In this document: one piece after another, positions 1 to 9,614 of the stretch | Numbering within the stretch: position 1 is the stretch's first letter | Layout: each line of letters begins with the position of its first letter | NCBI GenBank assembly: GCA_963771355.1 | Contig: CAVYTA010000007.1 | Location: 544,001-608,000, forward strand | Source: an uncultured Candidatus Rokubacteria bacterium | GTDB lineage: Bacteria; Methylomirabilota; Methylomirabilia; Rokubacteriales; CSP1-6 | Direction: 5' to 3' | DNA length: 64,000 nucleotides | Position numbers and translations under genes: made by a program | The notes under the pieces: model-generated | Told to the model about the DNA's origin: nothing | The model's input: the letters and a program-made list of their open reading frames with translations, nothing else | Database searches by the model: none

Positions 1-600
1 CTCTTCTCCCCGCTCACCATCGCGCGGAAGCTCGCCGGCGACCGCCTCGACGCGGACCTTGCCGCCCAGCCCGGGGTGGTGGAGGCGGCGCTCGAGGTGA
101 TCGCGACCACGGTGACGCGCTACGCGGCGGCGGCGCTGGAGGCGGGCGCGGACGGATTCTTCTTCGCCACCCAGCACGCCAGCCGCGACGTGATCGCCGA
201 GGCAGCCTTCCGGCGCTTCGAGCTGCCGTATCTCCGCCGCCTGCTCGAGAAGCTGGACGCGGGGCCCGGGCTCACCATGCTGCACCTCCATGGGAAGGAC
301 ATCTACTTCGATGCGTGCGCGGAGCTGCCGGCGGCGGTGCTCAACTGGCACGACCGGCTCACCGGGCCCACCCTGGCCGAGGGGAAGAAGCGCGCCCGCG
401 GCGCGGTGGCGGCGGGAATCGGGGAATCGGGCACGCTACGCCGCGGGCCCGCCGAGGCCGTGGCCGCCGAGGTGCGCGACGCCCTCGCCCAGACCGGCGG
501 CGCCGGCCACATCGTCACCACCGGCTGCGTGCTGCCCCTGGACGTGTCGGACGCGCAGCTCCAGACGGTGGTGGACACCGTCCGGAAGGCTCGAGCATGA
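1..600 (+). CDS. Uroporphyrinogen decarboxylase-family (URO-D/MtaA-like TIM barrel) protein, 5' end outside window
   Basis: Frame open from base 1 (LFSPLTIARKLAG..., GADGFFFATQ, MLHLHG, LNWHDR, TTGC), typical URO-D-like C-terminal half. Confidence 0.8.
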   Translation, partial: LFSPLTIARKLAGDRLDADLAAQPGVVEAALEVIATTVTRYAAAALEAGADGFFFATQHASRDVIAEAAFRRFELPYLRRLLEKLDAGPGLTMLHLHGKDIYFDACAELPAAVLNWHDRLTGPTLAEGKKRARGAVAAGIGESGTLRRGPAEAVAAEVRDALAQTGGAGHIVTTGCVLPLDVSDAQLQTVVDTVRKARA

Positions 601-2114
601 GGGTTGCCTCGCCGCGCTGGCTCTCCGCGGTCGCGCTGACGGTGGGTCTCGTGACGGGCCCGGTGGGGGGGCTCGCCGCTCCCGCCGCCGCCCAGGGCGA
701 GCTGCGCGTCGCGATTCCGTGGACGCCGGAGAACCTCGACCCCACCATGAATCTCTCCTCGCTGCGCTCGCAGGTGGGCGTGAGCATCTTCGACTCCCTG
801 GTGGACCGCGACGGCGAGGGGAAGATCGTGGGCGCCCTGGCGGAGTCGTGGCGGCTCCTCGACGACCGCACCTGGCAGTTCCGCCTCCGCCGCGGCGTGG
901 TCTTCCACAACGGCGAGCCGTTCAATGCCGAAGCGGTCCGCTCCACCTTCCTGCGCGTGCTGAACCCGGAGCAGAAGTCGCCCAACCGTGCCAACGTGGC
1001 CGAGGTCGAGCGCATCGACGTGCTGGACGAGTACACCTTGAACCTCGTGACGAAGAATCCGTACGCGCCCTTTCTGGCCCGCCTCATCGACTTCCCGATG
1101 GTGCCGTCGCGCTATACCGCCGAGAAGGGCAATGCGGGGCTGGCCCTCCGGCCGGTGGGGACGGGGCCCTTCCGCTTCGTGGAGCTGGTGAAGGACGATC
1201 ATCTCGTCGTCGAGGCCTTCGACCGCCACTGGCGGGGCGCACCCCGGATCCGGCGCATCACCTTCAAGCCGATTCCGGAGCCCTTCACGCGGGCGGCGGC
1301 GCTGCGCAACGGCGAGGTGGATCTCATCACCACCATGCCGCCCAATCTCGGGCGCGAGCTGGAGAAGGTGCCGGGCCTCCGCGTGCACCGCGTGCCGAGC
1401 ACCTGGCAGATCTACCTCGGGCTCAATGCCTTCCGGAAGCCCCTGTCCGACGTGCGGGTGCGCCAGGCGCTGAACTACGCGACCGACGTGGACTCCATCA
1501 TCAAGAATGTGCTCGACGGCAACGGCCGCCGGCTCGACGGGCCGTTCACCGCGGGCGTGTTCGGGTTCGACGCCTCCGTGAAGGGCTACGCGCCGGATCC
1601 CGCCCGGGCCCGGCGGCTCCTCGCCGAGGCGGGATATCCGGACGGGCTCGAGATCATCCTCGACGCGCCGGCCGGCCGCTATCAAGGCGACAAGGAGATC
1701 GCGGAAGCCCTCGGCGGCCAGTGGCAGAAGGCCGGCTTCCGGCCCAAGGTGCAGGTGGCGGAGTGGGGCGCCTACTTCAAGAAGTACCTGGGCAAGCAGA
1801 TGCAGGACGCCTATCTGCTCGGCCTCGGCGGGCCCATGCAGGACGGCGACGAGCTCTACAACCTCGTCTCCTCCAAGGGCCGCGGGCTCTACTACAAGAA
1901 CGAGAAGGTGGACGAGCTCTTCGACCAGGGGCGCAGCACCACCGATCCCGCCAAGCGCCGGAGGATCTATGCCGACCTCGCGCGGCTCATGGTCGAGGAC
2001 GCCACCTGGGTGTTCCTCATGCAGCAGGTGGACATCTACGCCACCCGCGACCGCCTCGGCTGGACGCCGCGCGCGGATCAGTGGCTGCTCTTCGGGCCGG
2101 CCACGGTGAAATAG
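597..2114 (+). CDS. ABC transporter substrate-binding protein, family 5 (DppA/OppA-like)
   Basis: ATGA overlap with previous stop; signal peptide; LAESW, FRLRRGVVFHNGEPFNAE, PVGTGPF, DVRVRQALNYA motifs. Confidence 0.92.
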   Translation: MRVASPRWLSAVALTVGLVTGPVGGLAAPAAAQGELRVAIPWTPENLDPTMNLSSLRSQVGVSIFDSLVDRDGEGKIVGALAESWRLLDDRTWQFRLRRGVVFHNGEPFNAEAVRSTFLRVLNPEQKSPNRANVAEVERIDVLDEYTLNLVTKNPYAPFLARLIDFPMVPSRYTAEKGNAGLALRPVGTGPFRFVELVKDDHLVVEAFDRHWRGAPRIRRITFKPIPEPFTRAAALRNGEVDLITTMPPNLGRELEKVPGLRVHRVPSTWQIYLGLNAFRKPLSDVRVRQALNYATDVDSIIKNVLDGNGRRLDGPFTAGVFGFDASVKGYAPDPARARRLLAEAGYPDGLEIILDAPAGRYQGDKEIAEALGGQWQKAGFRPKVQVAEWGAYFKKYLGKQMQDAYLLGLGGPMQDGDELYNLVSSKGRGLYYKNEKVDELFDQGRSTTDPAKRRRIYADLARLMVEDATWVFLMQQVDIYATRDRLGWTPRADQWLLFGPATVK

Positions 2115-2118
2115 CCGC

Positions 2119-2886
2119 GTGGCATTGCTGGAGGTCGAGGGGCTGCGCCGGAGCTTCTACGGCGTCCAGGCGCTCACCGGCGTGGACCTGCGCGTGGCCG
2201 CCGGGACCATCACCGGCCTGATCGGCCCCAACGGGGCGGGGAAGACCACGCTGTTCAACTGCGTCTCCGGGCTGATCCCGCCCGAGGGCGGGCGCGTCCG
2301 CTTCGACGGGGAGGACATCACCGGCTGGCGCGCCGACCGCGTGACCCGCCGCGGGCTCGTCCGCACCTTCCAGATCGCCCGCGGATTCCCGCGCCTGTCC
2401 GTGCTGGAGAACCTCATGCTCTATGGCGCGGGGCAGCCGGGGGAGTCGCTGTGGCGCGCGCTCGCGCGCCCGCCCGCGGTGGCGCGCCGCGAGGCCGCGC
2501 TGCGCGACCGTGCCCTGGCGGTGGCGCGGCGGCTCAACCTGATGGCCGTCGCCGATGCGCCCGCCTCCGACCTCTCCGGCGGCCAGAAGAAGCTGCTGGA
2601 GCTGGGGCGCGCCCTCATGACCGACCCCCAGTGCATCCTGCTCGACGAGCCCATCGCCGGCGTCAACCCGACCCTGGCCGGGGAGATCGCGCGCCACCTC
2701 GAGTCGCTGCGCGCCGATGGCCTCACCTTCCTCATCATCGAGCATCACCTGGACGTGATCGCGCGGCTCTGCGAGCCGGTGGTGGTGATGGCGGAAGGGC
2801 GGCATCTCGCGGAGGGCACCTTTGCCGCCCTGGCCGCCGACCCGCGCGTGCAGGCGGCCTACATGGGCCGACGGGGAGTGGCGTGA
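2119..2886 (+). CDS. livG: Branched-chain amino acid-type ABC ATPase (LivG-like)
   Basis: GPNGAGKTT, RTFQ, LSGGQ, LLDEP, IEH motifs. Confidence 0.88.
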   Translation: MALLEVEGLRRSFYGVQALTGVDLRVAAGTITGLIGPNGAGKTTLFNCVSGLIPPEGGRVRFDGEDITGWRADRVTRRGLVRTFQIARGFPRLSVLENLMLYGAGQPGESLWRALARPPAVARREAALRDRALAVARRLNLMAVADAPASDLSGGQKKLLELGRALMTDPQCILLDEPIAGVNPTLAGEIARHLESLRADGLTFLIIEHHLDVIARLCEPVVVMAEGRHLAEGTFAALAADPRVQAAYMGRRGVA

Positions 2887-3590
2887 CGCTCCTGGACTGC
2901 CAGGACATCGTGGCCGGATACTCCGCCGCGGACGAGGTGCTCAAGGGGGTGGACCTCACCGTCGCGCGCGGCGAGATCGTCAGCATCATCGGCCCCAACG
3001 GCGCCGGAAAATCCACCTTGCTCAAGGTGGTGGCGGGCATTCTCGTGCCCCGCCGCGGCAGCGTGCGGCTGGGGGAGCAGGCCATCGGGGGGCGGCCGGC
3101 GCGCGAGGTCTCGGCCCTGGGAGTGGCCTTCGTGCCGCAGGAGCAGAACGTGTTCCCCACCATGACGGTGCGGGAGAACCTCGAGATGGGCGGCTACGTG
3201 GATCCCCGGGGCGCCCGACGGCGGATCGACGCCATCTTCGAGCGCTTTCCCGCGCTGGCGGAGAAGCGCCGGCAGGCCGCGCGCACGCTGTCCGGCGGCC
3301 AGCGTCAGATCCTCGCCATGGCCATGGCGCTCATGGTGGACCCGGTGCTCCTGCTGCTCGACGAGCCCTCGGCGGGGCTCGCGCCGCAGGCGGCGGAACG
3401 GCTCTTCGAGACGATCCGGGGCATCAATGCCGATGGCGTGTCCATCGCCATGGTGGAGCAGAATGCGCTCGAGGCCCTCGCCATTGCCGGACGGGGCTAT
3501 ATTCTGGTGGACGGGCGCAACAGCCGCACGGGTCCCGCCGCCGAGCTGGCGCGGGACCCCGAGGTCCGCCGCATCTTTTTAGGAGCTTGA
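2883..3590 (+). CDS. livF: Branched-chain amino acid-type ABC ATPase (LivF-like)
   Basis: GTG overlapping previous TGA; GPNGAGKST, LSGGQRQ, LLLDEPSAGLAP, VEQN. Confidence 0.88.
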   Translation: MTLLDCQDIVAGYSAADEVLKGVDLTVARGEIVSIIGPNGAGKSTLLKVVAGILVPRRGSVRLGEQAIGGRPAREVSALGVAFVPQEQNVFPTMTVRENLEMGGYVDPRGARRRIDAIFERFPALAEKRRQAARTLSGGQRQILAMAMALMVDPVLLLLDEPSAGLAPQAAERLFETIRGINADGVSIAMVEQNALEALAIAGRGYILVDGRNSRTGPAAELARDPEVRRIFLGA

Positions 3591-3655
3591 TTGGCGAGCC
3601 GCAGCCGAAGGCGAGGCGAGCGGAAACGAAGGACAACCCGAGCGGAGCGAGGGAC

Positions 3656-4303
3656 ATGGCAGAAAATAATGGAGCGCCGGTATTCACACAGGTGGTGTCC
3701 ACGCTGGAGGAGCTGCGCGCGCTCATGGGCGAGCCCTCCGAGCTGGCGCTGCGCAAGGATATCGGCCGTCTCGACGCGCACTGCCGCAACTTCATCGCGC
3801 GCTCGCCCTTCGTGCTGATGGCGACCTCCGACCGGTCGGGGCGCTGCGACGTGAGTCCCAAGGGTGACGCGCCCGGCTTCGTCCAGGTCCTCGACGAGCG
3901 GCATCTCGTGATCCCGGATCGCCCCGGCAACAAGCGCTTCGACGGGATCCGCAATCTCCTGGAGAACCCGGGCATCGGTCTCCTCTTTCTGCTGCCTCGC
4001 AGCGAGGAGACCTTGCGGGTGAATGGGCGGGCTTTGATCGTCCGCGATCCCGACGTGCTGGGGCGCTTCGCCGTGCAGGGCAAGCTGCCCCTGCTCGCCA
4101 TCGCGGTGGAGGTGCAGGAGAGCTTTCTCCACTGCGCGAAGTGCGTGAAGCGCTCCGGGCTCTGGGAGGTGTCCCAGTGGCCCGACCTGAACGGGCTGGC
4201 CTCGCCCGCCCAGATGTTCCTGGACCATGCCAAGCCGCGCGACATGACCGTCGAGGCGCTCGACCGGCGTCTCCAGGACGGCTACCGCACCAATCTCTAC
4301 TGA
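3656..4303 (+). CDS. Pyridoxamine 5'-phosphate oxidase-family FMN-binding protein
   Basis: CDVSPKGDAPGFV, IPDRPGNKRFD, ETLRVNGRA, FLHCAK. Confidence 0.85.
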   Translation: MAENNGAPVFTQVVSTLEELRALMGEPSELALRKDIGRLDAHCRNFIARSPFVLMATSDRSGRCDVSPKGDAPGFVQVLDERHLVIPDRPGNKRFDGIRNLLENPGIGLLFLLPRSEETLRVNGRALIVRDPDVLGRFAVQGKLPLLAIAVEVQESFLHCAKCVKRSGLWEVSQWPDLNGLASPAQMFLDHAKPRDMTVEALDRRLQDGYRTNLY

Positions 4304-4324
4304 AGGCGACGAGGAGACCTACCG

Positions 4325-5539
4325 ATGACCGAGCGCGACCACGACATCTCCCGCCGAACCCTGCTCGCGGGCAGCGCCGCCCTCGCCGCCGCGGCCTGGT
4401 CGCCGCGGCGCGCCGCCGCGCAGGGCGCCCCCATCCGCCTGGGCACGCTGACCCCGCTCACCGGGGCGGGCGGCTCCTACGGCCCCTCCATGCGCAAGGC
4501 GATCGAGTGGGTGGCCTCCGAGGTGAACGGAGCCGGGGGCGCGCTCGGACGCAAGATCGAGCTGGTGAGTGAGGACGACCAGACCAATCCGGAGGCCGCG
4601 GTGCGCGCCGCGCGCAAGCTCATCGACGCGGACAAGGTGGCGGCCATCATGGGCACCTGGGCCTCCTCCGTCACCACCGCGGTGGCGCCCCTCTGCTGGG
4701 AGTCCAAGACCTTCCTCACCACGGTGTCGGGGTCGGACACCATCACCCAGCTCCCGCACCTGGGCTATCTCGTCCGCACCCAGCCGAATACCCAGCTCCA
4801 GATCGGCAAGCTCGGCGAGTTCATCCTCTCGCTCAAGTCCAAGCGCGTGTTCGTCCTCGCCGCGCAGACGCCCTTCGCGGTGCCGTCTCAGAAGCGCCTG
4901 TCCGAGATCCTGCCCAAGGGTGGCTCGGAGCTGGTGGGCGGCGTCATCTACGACAAGGACAAGACCACCTTCCGCTCCGAGATCGACCAGGCGCTCCGGG
5001 CCAAGCCGGACATGATCTATCTCAACGGCTATACCCCCGACACCACGGTGGTGCTGAAGGAGCTCTTCAAGGCCGGCTACACCGGGGCCAAGATCGCTCA
5101 GGGCTATGCGGTCAACCAGAAGCTCCTGGACTCGGTGCCTGCCGAGGTGACGGACGGCACCTACACCGCCACCCCCTCGCCGGCGGTGGACTCGGCCGGC
5201 TACAAGCGGCTCGCCAAGTTCCTCGGCGCCGCCGACCTGGATCCTTACTCCTGCCAGTGCCACGATCACGCGAGCCTGGTCATCCTCGCCATCGCGAAGG
5301 CCAAGGGCGAGGCCACCGGCACCGCCATCAAGGATTCGGTGCGGAAGATCTCGCAGGGCAGCGGCGTGAAGGTGGACAACGCCGTCGAAGGGCTCAAGCT
5401 CCTGGCCCAGGGCAAGGAGATCAACTACGAGGGCGCCAGTGGGCCCTGCGACTTCACCGAGACCGGCGACATCATCGACTGCAAGATCCGCTACGACGTG
5501 GCCGAGAAGGGCGCGTTCAAGCTGGTGAAGCTTCTCTGA
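4325..5539 (+). CDS. Liv-type ABC substrate-binding protein with Tat signal
   Basis: SRRTLL twin-arginine signal; PLTG, EDDQTNP, YEGASG. Confidence 0.9.
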   Translation: MTERDHDISRRTLLAGSAALAAAAWSPRRAAAQGAPIRLGTLTPLTGAGGSYGPSMRKAIEWVASEVNGAGGALGRKIELVSEDDQTNPEAAVRAARKLIDADKVAAIMGTWASSVTTAVAPLCWESKTFLTTVSGSDTITQLPHLGYLVRTQPNTQLQIGKLGEFILSLKSKRVFVLAAQTPFAVPSQKRLSEILPKGGSELVGGVIYDKDKTTFRSEIDQALRAKPDMIYLNGYTPDTTVVLKELFKAGYTGAKIAQGYAVNQKLLDSVPAEVTDGTYTATPSPAVDSAGYKRLAKFLGAADLDPYSCQCHDHASLVILAIAKAKGEATGTAIKDSVRKISQGSGVKVDNAVEGLKLLAQGKEINYEGASGPCDFTETGDIIDCKIRYDVAEKGAFKLVKLL

Positions 5540-5543
5540 GCGC

Positions 5544-6407
5544 GTGACCGAGGTCGCACAGCTCCTGGTCAACGGCCTGGTGGCCGGCACCATTCTGGCG
5601 GTGCCGGCCATCGGCTTCACCGCCATCTATGCGGTGCTCCGCTTTCCCAACTTCACGGTGGCGTCTCACGCCACCATCGGCGCCTTCGCCGGCTATGTCG
5701 CCAATACCGCCGGCGGCCTGCCCGCCTGGGCCGCGGTGGGTGTCGCCTTTCTGGTGACGGGCGTGGCGGGCGTGATCAACGACGAGGTGGTGCTGAAGCC
5801 CCTGCGGCCCTCGGGGGCGCTCACCGCCGCCATCGCCGCGGTGGCGCTCACCATCGCGCTGGAAAACGTCATCCGCTTCATCTGGGGCAACGACCTCCGC
5901 GGCTACGCTCTCCCTCTCCGGCGCGACTGGCAGTGGGCGGGACTGCGCATCGGGCCGCAGCAGGTGGAGAACCTCGTCATCGCGGTGGTGGCCATGGGGG
6001 CGCTGTTCCTCTTCCTCGCCTTCACGCGCACCGGCAAGGCCATGCGCGCGGTGGCGGACAACCCCACCCTGGCCGGCATCAAGGGCATCAACGCCGAGAT
6101 GGTGGCCCGCCTCGTCAACTTCGTGGGGATGGGGCTGGCCGGCATCGGCGGCATGCTCCTGGGCCTGGACACCAGCATCGATCCGCTCACCGGCTTCCGC
6201 GTCATCCTCTCCGTGTTCGCCGCCGCGGTGGTGGGCGGCCTCGGCAGCATCCCGGGCGCGGTGGTGGGGGCGCTGGCCATCGGGGTGGCGGAAGAGCTGT
6301 CGCTCCTGTCGCTGGCGCCCGCGTATCGAACCGCGGTGGGCTTCGTCGCCATCCTGCTCGTGCTCACCGTGCGCCCGCGCGGCATCCTCGGGGAGCGTGC
6401 CTTCTAA
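5544..6407 (+). CDS. livH: Liv-type ABC permease (LivH-like)
   Basis: Hydrophobic; TRTGKAMRAVADN, GGLGSIPGA, RPRGILG. Confidence 0.88.
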   Translation: MTEVAQLLVNGLVAGTILAVPAIGFTAIYAVLRFPNFTVASHATIGAFAGYVANTAGGLPAWAAVGVAFLVTGVAGVINDEVVLKPLRPSGALTAAIAAVALTIALENVIRFIWGNDLRGYALPLRRDWQWAGLRIGPQQVENLVIAVVAMGALFLFLAFTRTGKAMRAVADNPTLAGIKGINAEMVARLVNFVGMGLAGIGGMLLGLDTSIDPLTGFRVILSVFAAAVVGGLGSIPGAVVGALAIGVAEELSLLSLAPAYRTAVGFVAILLVLTVRPRGILGERAF

Positions 6408-6408
6408 G

Positions 6409-7320
6409 GTGGAAAACTACCTCATCGCGATGGCGACCTTCGCCGGGCTCTACGCCCTCCTCGCGCTCGGCCTCAATCTCGTCTGGGGCATGACGGGGAT
6501 GATCAATCTCGGCCTGGTCGGCTTCTACGCCTTCGGCGCCTACGTCTCGGCGCTCCTCACCAAGAAGGCGGGCTGGCCCATGCCGGCGGGTCTCCTCGCC
6601 GCCATGCTCCTCACCGCGGGGGCGGGCATCCTCATGGCCCTGGTCACCGCGCGGCTGCGCGGCGACTACCTCGCCATCATCACGCTGGGCTTCTCCGAGG
6701 TGGTGCGCATCGTGGCCAGCAACGAGATCTGGCTCACCAACGGCACCGACGGCATCTCGGGCATCCCCGGCCCCTGGCGCGGGCAGGTGAGCCCCGCCGC
6801 CTTCAATCTCATCTTCCTCGTGATCGTGAGCGCGGCGGTGCTGGTGGTCTTCGCCGCCCTCCAGCGCGTGCGTCACTCGCCTTACGGGCGCGTGCTCCGC
6901 GCCATCCGCGACGACGACCAGGTAGCCGCCGTGGCGGGCAAACCGGTGATCGCCTTCAAGGTGGAGGCCTTCGCGGTGAGCGCGGCCGTGCTGGGGCTGG
7001 CGGGCGCGCTCTACGGCCACTACACGTCCTACATCGCCCCGGAGGGTTTCGTGCCGCTCATCTCGATCTATATCGTGCTTGCCCTCACCGCCGGCGGCAC
7101 CGGGAACAATGTCGGCGCGGTGGTGGGCGCCTTCCTGGTGGTGTTCTTCCTGGAGTCCACGCGCTTCCTCACCGGCGGCCTCCCCGGGCTCAAGCCGGTG
7201 CAGGTGGCGGCGGTGCGCGAGTTCCTCATCGGGGCCAGCCTCATCGTGGTGCTGCGCTTTCGGCCGTACGGCCTCATTCCCGAGCGGATCCCGCGCTACG
7301 CAGCGCCGGAGGCCAGGTAA
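6409..7320 (+). CDS. livM: Liv-type ABC permease (LivM-like)
   Basis: LRGDYLAIITLGFSE, SPYGRVLRAIRDD, GGTGN. Confidence 0.88.
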   Translation: MENYLIAMATFAGLYALLALGLNLVWGMTGMINLGLVGFYAFGAYVSALLTKKAGWPMPAGLLAAMLLTAGAGILMALVTARLRGDYLAIITLGFSEVVRIVASNEIWLTNGTDGISGIPGPWRGQVSPAAFNLIFLVIVSAAVLVVFAALQRVRHSPYGRVLRAIRDDDQVAAVAGKPVIAFKVEAFAVSAAVLGLAGALYGHYTSYIAPEGFVPLISIYIVLALTAGGTGNNVGAVVGAFLVVFFLESTRFLTGGLPGLKPVQVAAVREFLIGASLIVVLRFRPYGLIPERIPRYAAPEAR

Positions 7321-7820
7321 TGTCCCGCGCGCCGCGCACCGACGCGCTCCCGCATCTTCATGCGGTGGCGGCGGCGCTCGCCCAGCCGGGCCAGCCCGCG
7401 CCGCTGTGGGCCGCGCTGGACCGGGCGCTGGGCGCCGTCATCGGCCACCGGCTCTTCACCGTGCTCCGCTTCCACTCCGACTCGCGCGAATCTGAGCGCT
7501 GCTACACGAACCAGCCGGCCGCCTATCCGGTGGGCGGGAGGAAGCCGTTCACCGAGAGCGCATGGTCGCGCCAGGTCTTCGGCCAGCGCCGACCGTACAT
7601 CGGCCGCTCGGCGGAGGACATCCGCGCGGTGTTCTTCGACCACGCTCTCATCGCCTCGCTGGGCTGCGACTCGGTGCTGAACCTGCCCGTGGTCCACGGG
7701 GGTCGAGTGCTCGGAACCCTCAATCTACTCCACGAGGCCGACTGGTACAGGGAGGAAGACATCGCGAGCGGCTTGCTCTTCGCCGCACTCGCGGTGCCCG
7801 GCTACCTCGCCCTCGGTTAG
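7320..7820 (+). CDS. Stand-alone GAF-domain protein
   Basis: TAATG coupling to livM; SVLNLPVVHGGRVLGTLNL GAF C-terminal strands. Confidence 0.8.
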   Translation: MSRAPRTDALPHLHAVAAALAQPGQPAPLWAALDRALGAVIGHRLFTVLRFHSDSRESERCYTNQPAAYPVGGRKPFTESAWSRQVFGQRRPYIGRSAEDIRAVFFDHALIASLGCDSVLNLPVVHGGRVLGTLNLLHEADWYREEDIASGLLFAALAVPGYLALG

Positions 7821-7922
7821 CCCACCAGCGCCGGCTGCGCCTGGGCCAGCCAGTAGGGCATGTCGAGCGCCCGGGAAAGGGTTAGAATCGACATCGCCAC
7901 CCTCTCCGGGGTGTGCCGACTA

Positions 7923-7958
7923 TTAGCACTGCTAACGTGTTTTTCGCCCCCGCTAACG
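7923..7958. promoter_or_regulatory. Candidate operator upstream of haloperoxidase-like gene
   Basis: Palindrome TTAGCA-C-TGCTAA (7923-7935); GCTAACG repeated at 7931 and 7952. Confidence 0.35.
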
Positions 7959-8040
7959 CTCCGCCGATGGGCACCGGGTACACGTGAGCCATGCGGCCTG
8001 CGCCGCGACAACCTCGGTGGGGTCGAAAGGGAGAGACACC

Positions 8041-9246
8041 ATGCTAAGGCCATGGAAAAGCCCGATGCCCCTCATCTACGCCCTCCTCGCCCTCGTCCTC
8101 GCGGGCGGCTGCGCCCATGAGGGCGGACGTCCCGCCGCCTCGGCGGTCGGGTCTCCGCCGCCGGCGAGTCCCTGGGCGCTGCCGACCTCGACGATGCGCT
8201 GGAACGAGTACGCGTGCGAGCTGATCGCCCGGAACCAGATCGGCCAGGTTCCCTCTGCGCGCACGCTCGCCTACACCAACCTCGCGATCAACAACGCCAT
8301 CGTCACGGCGCGGCCGCAGGGCCGCAAGCCGGACGGTGCCGCCGCCGGTGCCGCCGCCGCCGTCCTGGCCTTTCTGTTCCCGAAGGAGGAGCAGGCCATC
8401 GCCGCCCGCCTGTCCGGCGAGACGGCCGCGCTGGGGGCCGACGCCCGTTCGGACTTCGCGGCCGGGGTCGAGATCGGGCGTGCCGCCGCCGCCAACGTCA
8501 TCGAGGCCGCGAAGAGTGACCGCGTCGCCCTCGCCTGGTCCGGTCCGGCGCCCACCGGTCCGGACAAGTGGGCCAGCCAGATGCAGCCGCCCCGCCCGCC
8601 GCTCGGGCCGCGCCTGGGCGAAATGCGACCGTTCTTCATGACGACCGGCTCGGACTTTCGCACGGCGGGGCCCCCCGCCGCCGGCTCACCGGCGTTCCGC
8701 GCGGCGCTGGCGGAGGTGCGCGCGGTCTCGGACAAGCGGACCAACGAGCAGCTGCGGATCGCCCAGTACTGGGAGAATCTCACCGGCGCATTCGCGGCCG
8801 GCGCCTGGAACGACGTCGCCCGCAGTGCTATCTCGGCGCGCGGGCTCACCGAGCCCGAGTCCGCGCGGGTTCTCGCGATGGTGCACATGGTCGCGGTAGA
8901 CGCGGTCATCGCCTGCCACGACTCGAAATACACCTACTGGGTGCCGCGGCCGACGCAGGTCGATCCGGGGATCCGCTTGACGATCGGTCTACCGAACCAC
9001 CCGTCCTATCCGAGCAACCACGCCTGCATCTCCGGGGCGATTGGCCTCATCCTGGACTCTCAGCTCCGCGATCAGGGGGGTCGCTACTCCGCCATGGGCC
9101 GGCAAGCCGGCGAATCGCGGATCTACTCCGGGATCCACTACCGCTTCGACGTCGACGATGGATTCGTCATCGCGCGCAAGGTGTCGGCGCGCGCCCTCGA
9201 GGTGGGGATTCCCACCGATCGGCCATTCGTGCCGCTCGGGCGCTGA
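8041..9246 (+). CDS. Vanadium-dependent haloperoxidase / PAP2 superfamily lipoprotein
   Basis: Lipobox LAGG-C; KYTYWVPRP, HPSYPSNH, SRIYSGIHY catalytic motifs. Confidence 0.85.
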   Translation: MLRPWKSPMPLIYALLALVLAGGCAHEGGRPAASAVGSPPPASPWALPTSTMRWNEYACELIARNQIGQVPSARTLAYTNLAINNAIVTARPQGRKPDGAAAGAAAAVLAFLFPKEEQAIAARLSGETAALGADARSDFAAGVEIGRAAAANVIEAAKSDRVALAWSGPAPTGPDKWASQMQPPRPPLGPRLGEMRPFFMTTGSDFRTAGPPAAGSPAFRAALAEVRAVSDKRTNEQLRIAQYWENLTGAFAAGAWNDVARSAISARGLTEPESARVLAMVHMVAVDAVIACHDSKYTYWVPRPTQVDPGIRLTIGLPNHPSYPSNHACISGAIGLILDSQLRDQGGRYSAMGRQAGESRIYSGIHYRFDVDDGFVIARKVSARALEVGIPTDRPFVPLGR

Positions 9247-9254
9247 GGCTCAGC

Positions 9255-9590
9255 TCACACGAGCGGCACGTAGTCGTACTCGCCGATGCCCTGGAGCACG
9301 AGGAAGGTCGCCGACCTCTCGCCGGCATTGGTGACGAGGTGCGGCCGTCCGGGCCGGACGCTATAGGTCTCGCCCGGCGCCAGGCGCACGTCTTCCTTGG
9401 GGTCGCGGAGGAATAGTCGCAGCCGTCCCTCCAGCACGTAGAAGGTGTCCTGGATATTGGTGTGCGAGTGCCAGGGCACCTGCTGGGTCGGCGAGAGCTG
9501 GAGCTCCGAGATCCGGAAGCCCGGCCGCTCCGCGTGGCGCGCGCGCCGCTCGACCTCGTAGAGATGGCTGGAGTCCTTGACGGCGTCCAT
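9255..9590 (-). CDS. Cupin domain protein
   Basis: PWHSH...FYVLEG, PGRPH cupin motifs; GGAGG RBS. Confidence 0.85.
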   Translation of the reverse strand: MDAVKDSSHLYEVERRARHAERPGFRISELQLSPTQQVPWHSHTNIQDTFYVLEGRLRLFLRDPKEDVRLAPGETYSVRPGRPHLVTNAGERSATFLVLQGIGEYDYVPLV

Positions 9591-9614
9591 GATGTCCTCC
9601 TTATGACGTTCGGG

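Noticed and set aside
7923..7935. CIRCE/HrcA operator
   Set aside because: Lacks the 9-nt spacer and inner bases; no chaperone gene downstream
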